This document shows positions 18,335 to 27,164 of a stretch of 64,000 bases of DNA, one piece after another. The translations under genes and the position numbers were made by a program. Positions within the stretch are counted from its first letter, which is position 1. The number at the start of each line of letters is the position of its first letter. Under the pieces are notes generated by a model. That model had not been told where the DNA came from. It was given only the letters and a program-made list of their open reading frames with translations, and ran no database searches. Origin of the DNA: Candidatus Delongbacteria bacterium (GTDB lineage: Bacteria; CAIWAD01); assembly GCA_963663545.1 (NCBI GenBank), contig OY760505.1:2624001-2688000 (forward strand), in the 5' to 3' direction.

Positions 18335-18406
18335 ACCTCGACGAAGTCGTGCTATGGGAATCGCTGTCAGCGTCGCTCTAAAGAGTAGCACGCCTTCGTC
18401 CATAGG
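18335..18406. repeat. REP-like hairpin unit 2
   Basis: ACCTCGACGAAGTCGTGC-N35-GCACGCCTTCGTCCATAGG; arms are direct repeats of unit 1 arms. Confidence 0.75.
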
Positions 18407-18435
18407 TTACATATGGTTAGCCGTGCGGCCGCGCC

Positions 18436-18467
18436 TCGATACCGAGTATCGATACCGATACCGATCC
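18436..18467 (-). repeat. Degenerate hexamer tandem repeat (ATCGGT/ATCGAT on minus strand)
   Basis: TCGATACCGAGTATCGATACCGATACCGATCC. Confidence 0.7.
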
Positions 18468-18694
18468 AACACGCAGTGTCGGCCGCGATAGCGATCAAGA
18501 AATGCCGTCCGTGGGTTCGGCAAGCAACCCACTCCTCCTGTGCAGGATCTGACACCCCAGCCCAAACCTGGACAGCAAGCACGCTTTGCGCGTAGCAGGC
18601 GCCCGCATTCGCCAATGCCTCCCACTTTCTCTTAACGCAACAAAAACAATAACAGGATTTCGATTTCTCTTGAGGATGTGAAAAAGTGTCAGCA

Positions 18695-18711
18695 TTGGCA
18701 CGCAGCTTGCA
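18695..18711 (+). promoter_or_regulatory. sigma54 (-24/-12) promoter
   Basis: TTGGCACGCAGCTTGCA, GG-N10-GC, near-perfect consensus, preceded by an AT-rich tract. Confidence 0.8.
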
Positions 18712-18721
18712 CTACGCGCGG

Positions 18722-19022
18722 TGCCCTGATCTGCCCAACCTTGTTACAAGACAGTCTACAAGCAACGCGCCCTTCTGGGTGGCGCTAGCTGTGGCGATCA
18801 GGCGACGCGGAGACCGAGGGATGAGAGCCTTGCGCCCCCGCACTGCTGCGCCGATTCGAAAGAGTGGAGTTGCAGCCTGGTAGGATTTCCTTCCTGCTTG
18901 ATACACGTTCCGATCTGACTGGCGGGGGCCCTTCGGCCCCCTTCAGAAGGACACCACCTGCGCGAGCAGTTGTGCATATTCCGGCAGGGACCCTAGCGGG
19001 GGCGCCCTGTCGGTTCTTTTTT
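18722..19022 (+). ncRNA. Candidate structured ncRNA of unknown class
   Basis: Lies between a sigma54 promoter and a terminator; nested long-range stems with G-U pairs on the + strand; GAAA- and UUCG-type loops. Confidence 0.5.
18981..19022 (+). terminator. Intrinsic terminator
   Basis: CCGGCAGGG...CCCTGTCGG followed by TTCTTTTTT. Confidence 0.75.
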
Positions 19023-19210
19023 AGGTCAATCTGCTTGGCTTGCTTGAGAACTGTCTGTACGCGCTTGCTAGTGAGCGAGCATTCATTAATACTCGAAGAT
19101 TCATTTGCTTCTTTGTGCAGAACACGGCATGCACCGCTCATATGATCCAGTTTGGTTGATATACCCAATACGCATCTTCCTCGAAGGCCTATTTTCAAAG
19201 CAACAAGCAC

Positions 19211-19226
19211 CTGGCACGGTGCTTGC
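19211..19226 (+). promoter_or_regulatory. sigma54 promoter
   Basis: CTGGCACGGTGCTTGC, GG-N10-GC, about 30 bp before the start codon. Confidence 0.8.
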
Positions 19227-19255
19227 CCTAACTGAATTGTCTTCAGGAGGAAAAA

Positions 19256-19651
19256 GTGATGTGGCGCACATGTTTGATTCTACTGGTGTTACTTGTGAGT
19301 ACACGAACAACGTTGGCGGATACGGAATTTGCAATGCTAGCGGATACGACGAGCATGGATCGTAGTGAGGTCGTCGCCCATCGTGAGGCCATCTGCTGTC
19401 TGCAGCCGGCGGTGCCGGAGCCGGATCAGCGTGGCACTCGCGTCAGCTTCATGTTGCGCGACGCGGGCCAGACGCGTCTGGAGGTGCTGTCCACCGATGG
19501 AAGTCAGCTTCTGCTGGTTCATGAAGGTCAGCTAAGCGCCGGTCGCCACGAGTTTGTGGTCAAGGATCGCAAGCTGGGCAACGGCACTTACCTGCTGGCT
19601 CTGAGTCACGGTAACCAGCGCAAGGTGCAGCGCATGATGCTGCTGCGCTAA
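19256..19651 (+). CDS. Small secreted protein consisting mostly of a T9SS-type/FlgD-Ig C-terminal domain
   Basis: AGGAGG RBS; signal peptide; T.VSF.L...G..RLEV...DG, G...AG.H, L.NGTYL..L, ending ..MMLLR. Confidence 0.7.
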   Translation: MMWRTCLILLVLLVSTRTTLADTEFAMLADTTSMDRSEVVAHREAICCLQPAVPEPDQRGTRVSFMLRDAGQTRLEVLSTDGSQLLLVHEGQLSAGRHEFVVKDRKLGNGTYLLALSHGNQRKVQRMMLLR

Positions 19652-19690
19652 CGAGTTCATCAACTGCTTTTCTGAGTGATTTTGCGTCGA

Positions 19691-19718
19691 GGAGGTCCTG
19701 CGGGACCTCCTTGGTTTT
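19691..19718 (+). terminator. Probable terminator
   Basis: GGAGGTCC-TGCG-GGACCTCC then TTGGTTTT. Confidence 0.5.
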
Positions 19719-19752
19719 CGCCCGGTCCGCCCATTCATACTATATTGAACAC

Positions 19753-20262
19753 ATGATCTGGATACTTCTACTTCTGATTCCCGCCAGCATGCTGGTCATG
19801 CTTGGCACGGTTATTCAGGGCGGACCTCGTTCCTACGACCTGTTGGCGATGGGCAGTGCGCTTCTGCTTTTCTGGGCCTGGATCAACTTCAACTGGTGGG
19901 CGGGAGCTGCCTGGTTCTTGCTCTACGCTGGCTGCCGCTTGGCGGTCTCGCTGGCTTGGCCGCGCAGAGTCAAGGCTACGAACGCGGGAGCGACGGGTAC
20001 AGCTCAGTTCATCAGCTTCGTTTCGCTGGACAAAGGCAAGCGTCCGCTGGTGATCTTTCTACCGCCTTTGCGCGGGCCGCTCTTCTGGTTGGCGGGCAAG
20101 GTCAACGTCCCACTGCCTCAAGCGGGGAACAAACCCTTCAACGAAGTGGTTCTACCGGTTTTGCGGCAATTCCTCGGGGCAAGTCGCGGGTTTCGCTTGG
20201 ACACCCGGCACTTGCGCAGTATTCAGCCGGATGCTCCCGCCATCGAGATTCGCTGTGATTGA
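19753..20262 (+). CDS. Hypothetical membrane protein
   Basis: Three N-terminal hydrophobic segments; no recognisable family. Confidence 0.5.
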   Translation: MIWILLLLIPASMLVMLGTVIQGGPRSYDLLAMGSALLLFWAWINFNWWAGAAWFLLYAGCRLAVSLAWPRRVKATNAGATGTAQFISFVSLDKGKRPLVIFLPPLRGPLFWLAGKVNVPLPQAGNKPFNEVVLPVLRQFLGASRGFRLDTRHLRSIQPDAPAIEIRCD

Positions 20263-20369
20263 TTCTGCCATGGCATTGCTGCAGTGAAGGATCCGGAGTC
20301 GCAGAACACGCTGGCCACGGCCAAGCCTGCAAAGCATCAATCCTCCCTTCCGAGGTAGAAAGGAAAGCT

Positions 20370-20870
20370 GTGAAGCAGCTATTCACACAAATCGTTCTCA
20401 TGGGACTTCTTGCCGTCGCGCTTGGACTGAGCTTCAATACGGCTCGCACCGAAGGCCTCAGCCTGCTTCCGCCGCCTGCGATTGAAGCACAGGCTGCCGG
20501 CGCAGACACTAGTTCAGCCGGGCAGCAAACCTCCCTTGCGCTGGTGGAATTCGCCGAGGTCGACTACTTCCTGCGCAATCAGGAGGCCTTTTTCATTGAT
20601 GCGCGCAGCGCCGACAAGTATGCCAGCGGCTACATTGGCGAGGCCATGAATGTGCCACTGGAGGACTACGAAGCGGGCAGCGTGCGCGTGCCGGTTCCCA
20701 AGTCGACGTTGATTGTGCTCTACTGCGACGGCGGTGATTGTGATACATCGGAGCAGCTCGCGCGCCTGATGGCCAAGGACGGCTACCGCCGCCTGCGCAT
20801 CTACAAGGGCGGCATTGAAGAGTGGGAGCAGCTGGGGCTTCCGCTGAGTGGAGTCACAGACGGGGAGTAG
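20370..20870 (+). CDS. Rhodanese-like domain protein
   Basis: FIDARS...Y..G.I..A.NVP, VLYCDGGDC, YKGGIEEW; N-terminal TM. Confidence 0.88.
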   Translation: MKQLFTQIVLMGLLAVALGLSFNTARTEGLSLLPPPAIEAQAAGADTSSAGQQTSLALVEFAEVDYFLRNQEAFFIDARSADKYASGYIGEAMNVPLEDYEAGSVRVPVPKSTLIVLYCDGGDCDTSEQLARLMAKDGYRRLRIYKGGIEEWEQLGLPLSGVTDGE

Positions 20871-20874
20871 AAGC

Positions 20875-21360
20875 ATGGGTTGGCGCGGAATCGTACTGCA
20901 TCCGGTGAGCGAATGGATCGCGCGCATTTTCCTTGGCGTGCTCTTTCTGGTGGCGGCGGTGTACAAGATCGCCGATCCCGAAGGCTTCGCCGGAGCAATA
21001 CAGGCCTATCGTGCTGTGCCGCGCGTGCTCAGCTATCTTCCCGCCATCATTCTGCCCTGGCTCGAGCTGCTTTGTGCGCTAGCTGTGCTAAGCGGCGTCT
21101 GGCGCAAAGCGGCGCTGAGTTGGCTCTCCGGCATGCTGGCCTTCTTCATTCTGCTGTTTGTGTACGTGATGGTGCGTCACATCGACATCAACTGTGGTTG
21201 CTTTGGTGAAATGGGCGAAAAGCTGCCCGGCTGGCTGCGGCAGTTCATTGATCCGACGACCGTCGGCGTCAAGTCCATTCTGCGCAATCTTCTGCTGATC
21301 GCCTTTTGCGCCATCGCCTGGTTTGCGCCCGACTACCGGCGCGGACGTCGTTCTGCTTGA
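20875..21360 (+). CDS. DoxX/MauE family membrane protein
   Basis: KIADP..FA, LPWLEL, IDINCGCFG, ILRN. Confidence 0.85.
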   Translation: MGWRGIVLHPVSEWIARIFLGVLFLVAAVYKIADPEGFAGAIQAYRAVPRVLSYLPAIILPWLELLCALAVLSGVWRKAALSWLSGMLAFFILLFVYVMVRHIDINCGCFGEMGEKLPGWLRQFIDPTTVGVKSILRNLLLIAFCAIAWFAPDYRRGRRSA

Positions 21361-21368
21361 AAATGAAA

Positions 21369-21395
21369 CACCCGGCTTTCAGTGGAAGCCGGGTG
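21369..21395. terminator. Hairpin between convergent genes
   Basis: CACCCGGCTT..AAGCCGGGTG. Confidence 0.6.
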
Positions 21396-21416
21396 CCTTG
21401 CTAGTCCAAGTACAGC

Positions 21417-22049
21417 TTACTCTTCCATCAGCAGCAGGTCGACGTTTGCCTCGGCGAACTTCAGCACGCGTTGCACCAGTTCGCGAACAGCGTTTACACC
21501 CACCTGCAGGCGCTCTTCTTCCATACTGTGCAGTTCGTCCACCATGCCCAGTGCGGTGGAGCCAGCCATTGCCGTGCAAAAAAGGGCGCGTTCGGGGGTG
21601 CTCAACGTCTGTGCGGCTTCTTCCAAAGAAATCTCGCGACCGATCAGAATGCTCAGCACACGCTGATCCGCCTGTTGCACACGCTGTTGAATGTGGCGCG
21701 GCAGGCTTTCCACCAGATGAACATGATGGCGACAGTAATTGGCCAGTGCCATGTAATCCGGGCAGGTCTCACCGAACTTGAGGTAGCCGTCGATGAAAGC
21801 CGTGATTCCGCTCGAGTTGGTTTCGGCAAAATGCTTCTCGATGGTGCCAGCCAAGCCTTCAATGGCTTCCACCAGCAGCAGGCCGAGGATCTCGCTCTTG
21901 CCGCTGAAATTGGCGTAGATGGCGCCCGTGGTCAATCCGGCCTGATCGGCAATATCACGCACCGCAACCGCTTCGTAGCCTTGATTCAGAATCAACTCAC
22001 GGGCGGCGCTCAGCAGTTGCTCGCGCGAGTTGTTGCTTTGCTCCTGCAT
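21417..22049 (-). CDS. TetR/AcrR family regulator (4th of tandem)
   Basis: GYEAVAVRDIADQAGLTTGAIYANFSGK. Confidence 0.92.
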   Translation of the reverse strand: MQEQSNNSREQLLSAARELILNQGYEAVAVRDIADQAGLTTGAIYANFSGKSEILGLLLVEAIEGLAGTIEKHFAETNSSGITAFIDGYLKFGETCPDYMALANYCRHHVHLVESLPRHIQQRVQQADQRVLSILIGREISLEEAAQTLSTPERALFCTAMAGSTALGMVDELHSMEEERLQVGVNAVRELVQRVLKFAEANVDLLLMEE

Positions 22050-22050
22050 C

Positions 22051-22653
22051 TCAGGCCTCCTTTCCCTGCTGGCGCAAATACTCCTTCAGAACACCCAACA
22101 GGCTGCGGTAGAAAGTATGCGGATTCGCCATTAGTACCTGCAGTTTGCTGGACTTGATCTGGAAGACGCCGTTGGCCAGCGAGACGAAGGCCGATGCAAC
22201 GACAGCTGCCTGCTCTTCGCTGACACCCTCCAGGTCGGACGCGGCGCGAACCATTCCTCCAACCCAGCGCTGCCTCAATTCGATCAGCCGCTGTGCATGG
22301 TCGCGGCGCAGCTCCTCGGTGAGTTGGGGAAGGGCGCTGATGTAGAGAATCAGCCGGTAGTAGTCAGGATGCTGGTCGAAAAACGTCCAGTACCCTTCAC
22401 AGTATTGTTCAAAAGTGTAGTCGGTCGTGTCTTCGGCGGAGACCTGCTTCATCGAGGCTTCCAGACGCTCGGCGGCTTCCAGCAACAGAATACCGAGGAT
22501 ATCGGCCTTGTTGCGGAAGTTCGAGTAGATAGCACCGGTTGTCACACCGGCCGCGGCCGCGATCTGGCGAACGCTTACGTTCTCATAGCCTCGAAGAAGG
22601 ATCAAGCGTCGGGCATTCTCAAGCACGTCATCTTTGCGACAGGCTCGGGGCAT
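22051..22653 (-). CDS. TetR/AcrR family regulator (3rd)
   Basis: GYENVSVRQIAAAAGVTTGAIYSNFRNK; AAGGAG RBS before ATG 22653. Confidence 0.92.
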   Translation of the reverse strand: MPRACRKDDVLENARRLILLRGYENVSVRQIAAAAGVTTGAIYSNFRNKADILGILLLEAAERLEASMKQVSAEDTTDYTFEQYCEGYWTFFDQHPDYYRLILYISALPQLTEELRRDHAQRLIELRQRWVGGMVRAASDLEGVSEEQAAVVASAFVSLANGVFQIKSSKLQVLMANPHTFYRSLLGVLKEYLRQQGKEA

Positions 22654-23290
22654 CGGGAGAACTCCTTTCCTGCAGGGGGGAGGGTGAACCGTCGAGAATC
22701 GCGCCGGAGAAGCGGTCCAGTGACAGCCAATGCAAGGCCATGCGCTGTACAGACTGTTCCTCCAGTCCAAAGGCTCGACAGGTTTTTGTCATGTTGGGAG
22801 AGAACAACACGGATAGTACCGCAATCAGGCTGCGACCCGCGAAGAGGTCGCCACAAAGCCAGGGCAGCTCGTTCAACATCGCCAGTGTGATGCCATCGAA
22901 GAACTGGCTGCGCGCCATGATCAGACGATCGTGATGCTCGGCGCTCAGGGTGTTCCAGATTTCTCGATCGTTATAAGCCTCACGCACCAGCTGATACATG
23001 TCCGAATGCTCGCTGATGTAAGCGAAAAATCGTCGCAACAGGATGCCAAGCTGCTCTTTGTCGGTCGGCCCGTCCAAGCCATGCCCGAAGAGCTCGCCCA
23101 TGCGATCAATGGCGTCCATCACTGCTGCCCCGACCAGATCTGCCTTACTGCCGAAATTGGAATAGATGGCGCCGGTTGTCACACCGGCAGCGCTGGCCAC
23201 CGCTCGCAGGCTAATATTGGAGTAGCCTTTGGCGAGGATCATGGAGCGCGCGCTGCGGATGATCCGGTCGCGAATTGAGGTCTTCGACAT
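22628..23290 (-). CDS. TetR/AcrR family regulator (2nd)
   Basis: GYSNISLRAVASAAGVTTGAIYSNFGSK. Confidence 0.92.
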   Translation of the reverse strand: MSKTSIRDRIIRSARSMILAKGYSNISLRAVASAAGVTTGAIYSNFGSKADLVGAAVMDAIDRMGELFGHGLDGPTDKEQLGILLRRFFAYISEHSDMYQLVREAYNDREIWNTLSAEHHDRLIMARSQFFDGITLAMLNELPWLCGDLFAGRSLIAVLSVLFSPNMTKTCRAFGLEEQSVQRMALHWLSLDRFSGAILDGSPSPLQERSSPDAPSLSQR

Positions 23291-23381
23291 GGACGGGGTC
23301 CAATCTTCTATAACATGGAATTCGTTTCCAGGCAGGCCCGGAATCTGGGTGCCGACCCGGGGGAATCGACACCCTGCGGGG

Positions 23382-23969
23382 TCAACTGGCCAGCTTGCGA
23401 ACCATGCTGCTCACGACCTGCTCGACGGACTGTACGTCCACTTCAAGGTCATTGCAAAGATGCTGCACGGAGGAGTAGTGCATCATGCGAAGCATAGTCA
23501 GCAAGGCAACGCCCGTACAAATGGCGTTGTCGGGGGTGGCAAGACCGGAGCGGACAGCCGCCTGGCCCATGCCGGTAGTAATCTGACGACGAAGCTCACT
23601 CAGCGCCTCGCGCTGGTGAATCTTGAGGGCGCGGAAAAGCACAGGGCTTTCGTAAATCGAATTCAGCAGCTTGAAGTAGTCGGCATAGTCAGCTGCGAAT
23701 GTGTTATAGCCGGTGATCCACTGTTCCAGAGTGGCAGAGGACGGCGTTGCGTCATCGACCGAGTGAATCATCTCACCGGCTTTTTCGACGGCTTCCAGAG
23801 CGAGGACGCCCAGGATGTCCGCCTTATTACGGAAATTGGAGTAGATGGCTCCCGTGGTCAGGCCTGCTTCGGAAGCGATGCGACGCACACTGACGGCTTC
23901 ATGACCTTCTGCGAGGATTAGTCGGCGGGCAGTGTTCAAAACGTCTTCTTTACGACATTCTCTCGGCAT
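23382..23969 (-). CDS. TetR/AcrR family regulator (1st)
   Basis: GHEAVSVRRIASEAGLTTGAIYSNFRNK. Confidence 0.92.
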   Translation of the reverse strand: MPRECRKEDVLNTARRLILAEGHEAVSVRRIASEAGLTTGAIYSNFRNKADILGVLALEAVEKAGEMIHSVDDATPSSATLEQWITGYNTFAADYADYFKLLNSIYESPVLFRALKIHQREALSELRRQITTGMGQAAVRSGLATPDNAICTGVALLTMLRMMHYSSVQHLCNDLEVDVQSVEQVVSSMVRKLAS

Positions 23970-23984
23970 GGGATTCCTCAGAGT

Positions 23985-24150
23985 TGATTGACACGTTATA
24001 CTATAACGATAAGGGCGCGATCATTCAAGTGTTCTCAATAACATTAGAGAGAAATTTTGACACGACTAACACTTTTAAAATTAATGATTAAGACATTGTT
24101 ATCATAATGCGGTATAACATACTTTCGTTAGTATTTGAGTGTAGTGTGGT
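23985..24150. promoter_or_regulatory. AT-rich divergent promoter region with candidate TetR operators
   Basis: CGTTAT-ACT-ATAACG (23994-24008), TAACACTTTTA (24067-24077), AGACATTGTTA (24091-24101). Confidence 0.5.
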
Positions 24151-24198
24151 AACTCGAGATTGCTGAGGCTTGTTGAATAACTGCAAAATGGAGACGGA

Positions 24199-25062
24199 AT
24201 GGCTAAAGCTGCGAGGGCCGAGTTCTTTCTGGCGCTGATGTGCCTGATCTGGGGGGCCACTTTTTCGGTAATCCGCGAGAGCCTGGCGGCCACGGATCCT
24301 TATTTATATCTGGCCTTGCGCTTCAGCCTGGCTCTGCCGATGGCCGCGGTGCTTTTTCGCAGGCACTTGAAGCTGCATGATCCGCGACTACTGCGCAGCG
24401 GCCTGTTGCTGGGGCTGGCGATGACAGGTGGATTTCTCTTTCAAACGGTCGGCTTGGCCTACACCACTGCATCCCGCTCTGGATTCATCACGGCCATCTA
24501 TATCGTACTCGTTCCGCTGTTGCTTGCTCTGAAGCGGCGTCGCATACCCGCTCCCGGTGTTCTGTTTGCCGCTCTCCTCGCCATGGGCGGAGTGGGTCTG
24601 TTAAGTGGGGGAATCGAGGCCTTTCGCGGTGGTGGCTGGCTTGGCCTGGGCGAGTCGCTGACTCTGCTTAGCGGCACTTTTTTTGCCGTACAGATTCTGT
24701 TATCCGGCTCCTTGCCCACACCCGAGAATCAGTGGACCCTACACTTCTGGCAGATAGCCGTGGTCACTGTGCTGGCCTGGATCTGCTGGCTCCTCTTTGG
24801 TAGCGCACGGATTCTGCCCGACACGCAACTGCTCATCAGCTTGCTTTTTACCGGCATGCTGGGAACGGTGGTCGCCTTCGCCTTTCAGCTTCGTTTTCAG
24901 CGCGAAACGAGTGCCGAACGGGCGGCGGTGGTATTCAGCCTGGAGCCGGTTTTTGCCGCTGTCACGGCCTTTATCTTACTTGGGGAGCGGCTTGGGCTAG
25001 TGGAACTCCTTGGCGGGGGCCTTATTCTTGTGGCTCTACTGCTTAGCAGGCATACAAAATAG
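24199..25062 (+). CDS. DMT/EamA family transporter
   Basis: IWGATF, QTVGLAYTTASRSGFIT, SLEPVFA; about 10 TM. Confidence 0.92.
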   Translation: MAKAARAEFFLALMCLIWGATFSVIRESLAATDPYLYLALRFSLALPMAAVLFRRHLKLHDPRLLRSGLLLGLAMTGGFLFQTVGLAYTTASRSGFITAIYIVLVPLLLALKRRRIPAPGVLFAALLAMGGVGLLSGGIEAFRGGGWLGLGESLTLLSGTFFAVQILLSGSLPTPENQWTLHFWQIAVVTVLAWICWLLFGSARILPDTQLLISLLFTGMLGTVVAFAFQLRFQRETSAERAAVVFSLEPVFAAVTAFILLGERLGLVELLGGGLILVALLLSRHTK

Positions 25063-25274
25063 CTTTGGGGTGTTGCAATTGTAACCGTAATTCCCGTTAC
25101 TAACGCCACTATGCGTATGATTTGACCATCCTCTCACATCCGCTACGTCCTTTCGGCCTTGCCGAAGCCTTGTGGCGCGACCTTTCGAGCTGATCCGCTC
25201 CGTTACAGCGATCGGCAACATTCCTGGTAACATTCCAGACATTTTCCCATTCGGGACAGAGCTACGGATTTCTT

Positions 25275-27164
25275 ATGTGGTGGGATCACGACGATACCTT
25301 TGAAGACGCAACTGCGTCTATGCCCTTTGGCAAGCTGCTGAAGCGCGTGTTGCCCTACCTGCGGCCTTGGCGTTGGCGCTTTGTGGGCTCCTTTATCCTG
25401 GCACTTGGCGGTGTGGCGACCATTCTGGCACAGCCGGTTGTCTTTCGTGACATGGTGGATCTGATTATCAATTCGGAGTACAATTCGGATCAGCTACGTC
25501 CCTTGATGGGCTTGTCCTTTCGCTACCTGGGTCTGATGGTTGGCGGCGCGGTTTTAAATGGAGTTGCCGCTGTTCTATTGGGACGCGCAGGCGTGCACGT
25601 TATCAACCGCATCAAGCGCGAGCTGTTTTCGCACACCCTTTCGCTTGGACTTGGGTGGATCGAACAGCATCCGGTCGGTACACTGGTGGCTCGCATCGAG
25701 TCGGACAGCCAGCGGCTGGTGAACCTGTGCAGTACTATGGCTATGCGCATCCTTTCCACGCTGGTGATGCTGATTGGAGCGCTGGTGGTGATTGCCGGTA
25801 CGGATCTGCGTCTGTTCGGTGTCGCCCTGGTGTTTATTCCGCTAATGCTGTTGGGCACAACCTTGCTGTTCAAGAAGCTGCGTCCGGCTTTCCGCAAAGA
25901 GCGCAAGCTATACGCGGAGGTGTCCGGTCAGGTGGCTGAGCTGGTTCCTGCGGCGCGCTTGTTGCAGGCGCTGGGACGCAATCGCTGGGCCGAGGAGCGA
26001 TTGCGCAGCCGCAACGAGGTCTATCGCCGGTTTACCTCGCGCCTCATGTTTCTTGAGTACGGCATGTGGCATGGGCTGGGTCTGGTGGAGATCGCTATGA
26101 CCGTCGTCGCGCTGTGGATGGGCATTGGTTGGATTGCTGACGGATCCATGACCGCCGGTACGCTCGTCATGTTTGCGCAGTACGCGGGCATGATCTACTG
26201 GCCAGTGATCGAGCTCTCGGAGCAGCTTGGCGAGATTCAGCGTGCGGGCGGAGCTGCCGATCGCATTTTCCAGTTGCTGGACACAACTCCAACCGTGCCG
26301 GTTCCCGCTGTGCCGCGGCCGGTGCCTGCGAATCCAGGCGTGATACGTTTTGATCAGGTGAGCTTTGCGTACACGGATGAGTTGGTGCTGAAGGATGTAA
26401 ACCTGGAGATCCGTTCGGGTGAAACCGTCGCGCTGGTTGGACCGACGGGCAGCGGCAAGAGCACGATCATCAATCTTGTAACACGTCTTCGCGATGTGAC
26501 ACAAGGACGTATCACGGTGGACGGCGTCGATATCCGCGATTTCGATCCGGGCGAGTATCGGCGTCGATTCGGCTTGGTGCTGCAGGATCTCTACCTCTTT
26601 CCGGCGAGCATTGCCGACAACCTGCGAGCCTTCCGCGAAGGCGTTGAGGACACGGAAGTGCGTCAGGCAGCGCGCGTGGCCGGTATCGAAGAGGAAATCC
26701 TTCGACGTCGTGACGGCTTCGATGGACGCCTGGCGGAACGCGGTGCCGATTTGAGCTACGGACAGCGTCAGCTACTTGCACTGGCTCGCGCATTGGCAGT
26801 TGATCCGCCGGTGTTGGTTTTGGACGAAGCAACCAGTAGCGTTGATCCGCGCACCGAGCGCTTTATCCAACGCACGCTGGCCAGACTTACCGAGAACCGC
26901 ACGACGCTGGTGGTGGCTCATCGATTGTCGACCGTGCGTCACGCAGATCGCATTCTTGTGATACGCGAGGGGCGCATTGTCGAACAGGGCAACCACGACG
27001 AGCTGCTGGCCTTGGATGGATTGTACGCCGAGTTGGTCCGTACGCAGTTGGGCGAGGACCTGACAGAAGAAAACGGCAACAACGGAAACGGTGTATCACA
27101 TGCCAATTCCGCTGTGATACACGGAGCGAATCCGATTGTCGACTCCGTGGAGGAGATAGGCTAG
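25275..27164 (+). CDS. ABC exporter, TMD-NBD subunit 1
   Basis: GPTGSGKS, LSYGQRQ, LVLDEATS, VAHRLS. Confidence 0.93.
   Translation: MWWDHDDTFEDATASMPFGKLLKRVLPYLRPWRWRFVGSFILALGGVATILAQPVVFRDMVDLIINSEYNSDQLRPLMGLSFRYLGLMVGGAVLNGVAAVLLGRAGVHVINRIKRELFSHTLSLGLGWIEQHPVGTLVARIESDSQRLVNLCSTMAMRILSTLVMLIGALVVIAGTDLRLFGVALVFIPLMLLGTTLLFKKLRPAFRKERKLYAEVSGQVAELVPAARLLQALGRNRWAEERLRSRNEVYRRFTSRLMFLEYGMWHGLGLVEIAMTVVALWMGIGWIADGSMTAGTLVMFAQYAGMIYWPVIELSEQLGEIQRAGGAADRIFQLLDTTPTVPVPAVPRPVPANPGVIRFDQVSFAYTDELVLKDVNLEIRSGETVALVGPTGSGKSTIINLVTRLRDVTQGRITVDGVDIRDFDPGEYRRRFGLVLQDLYLFPASIADNLRAFREGVEDTEVRQAARVAGIEEEILRRRDGFDGRLAERGADLSYGQRQLLALARALAVDPPVLVLDEATSSVDPRTERFIQRTLARLTENRTTLVVAHRLSTVRHADRILVIREGRIVEQGNHDELLALDGLYAELVRTQLGEDLTEENGNNGNGVSHANSAVIHGANPIVDSVEEIG

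Noticed and set aside
8854..18467. CRISPR array
   Set aside because: No regularly spaced identical repeats with unique spacers and no cas genes.
18845..18880. c-di-GMP-I riboswitch (ATTCGAAAGAGTGG)
   Set aside because: Lacks the flanking GGCAAA and GACGCAAAG elements and the second stem.
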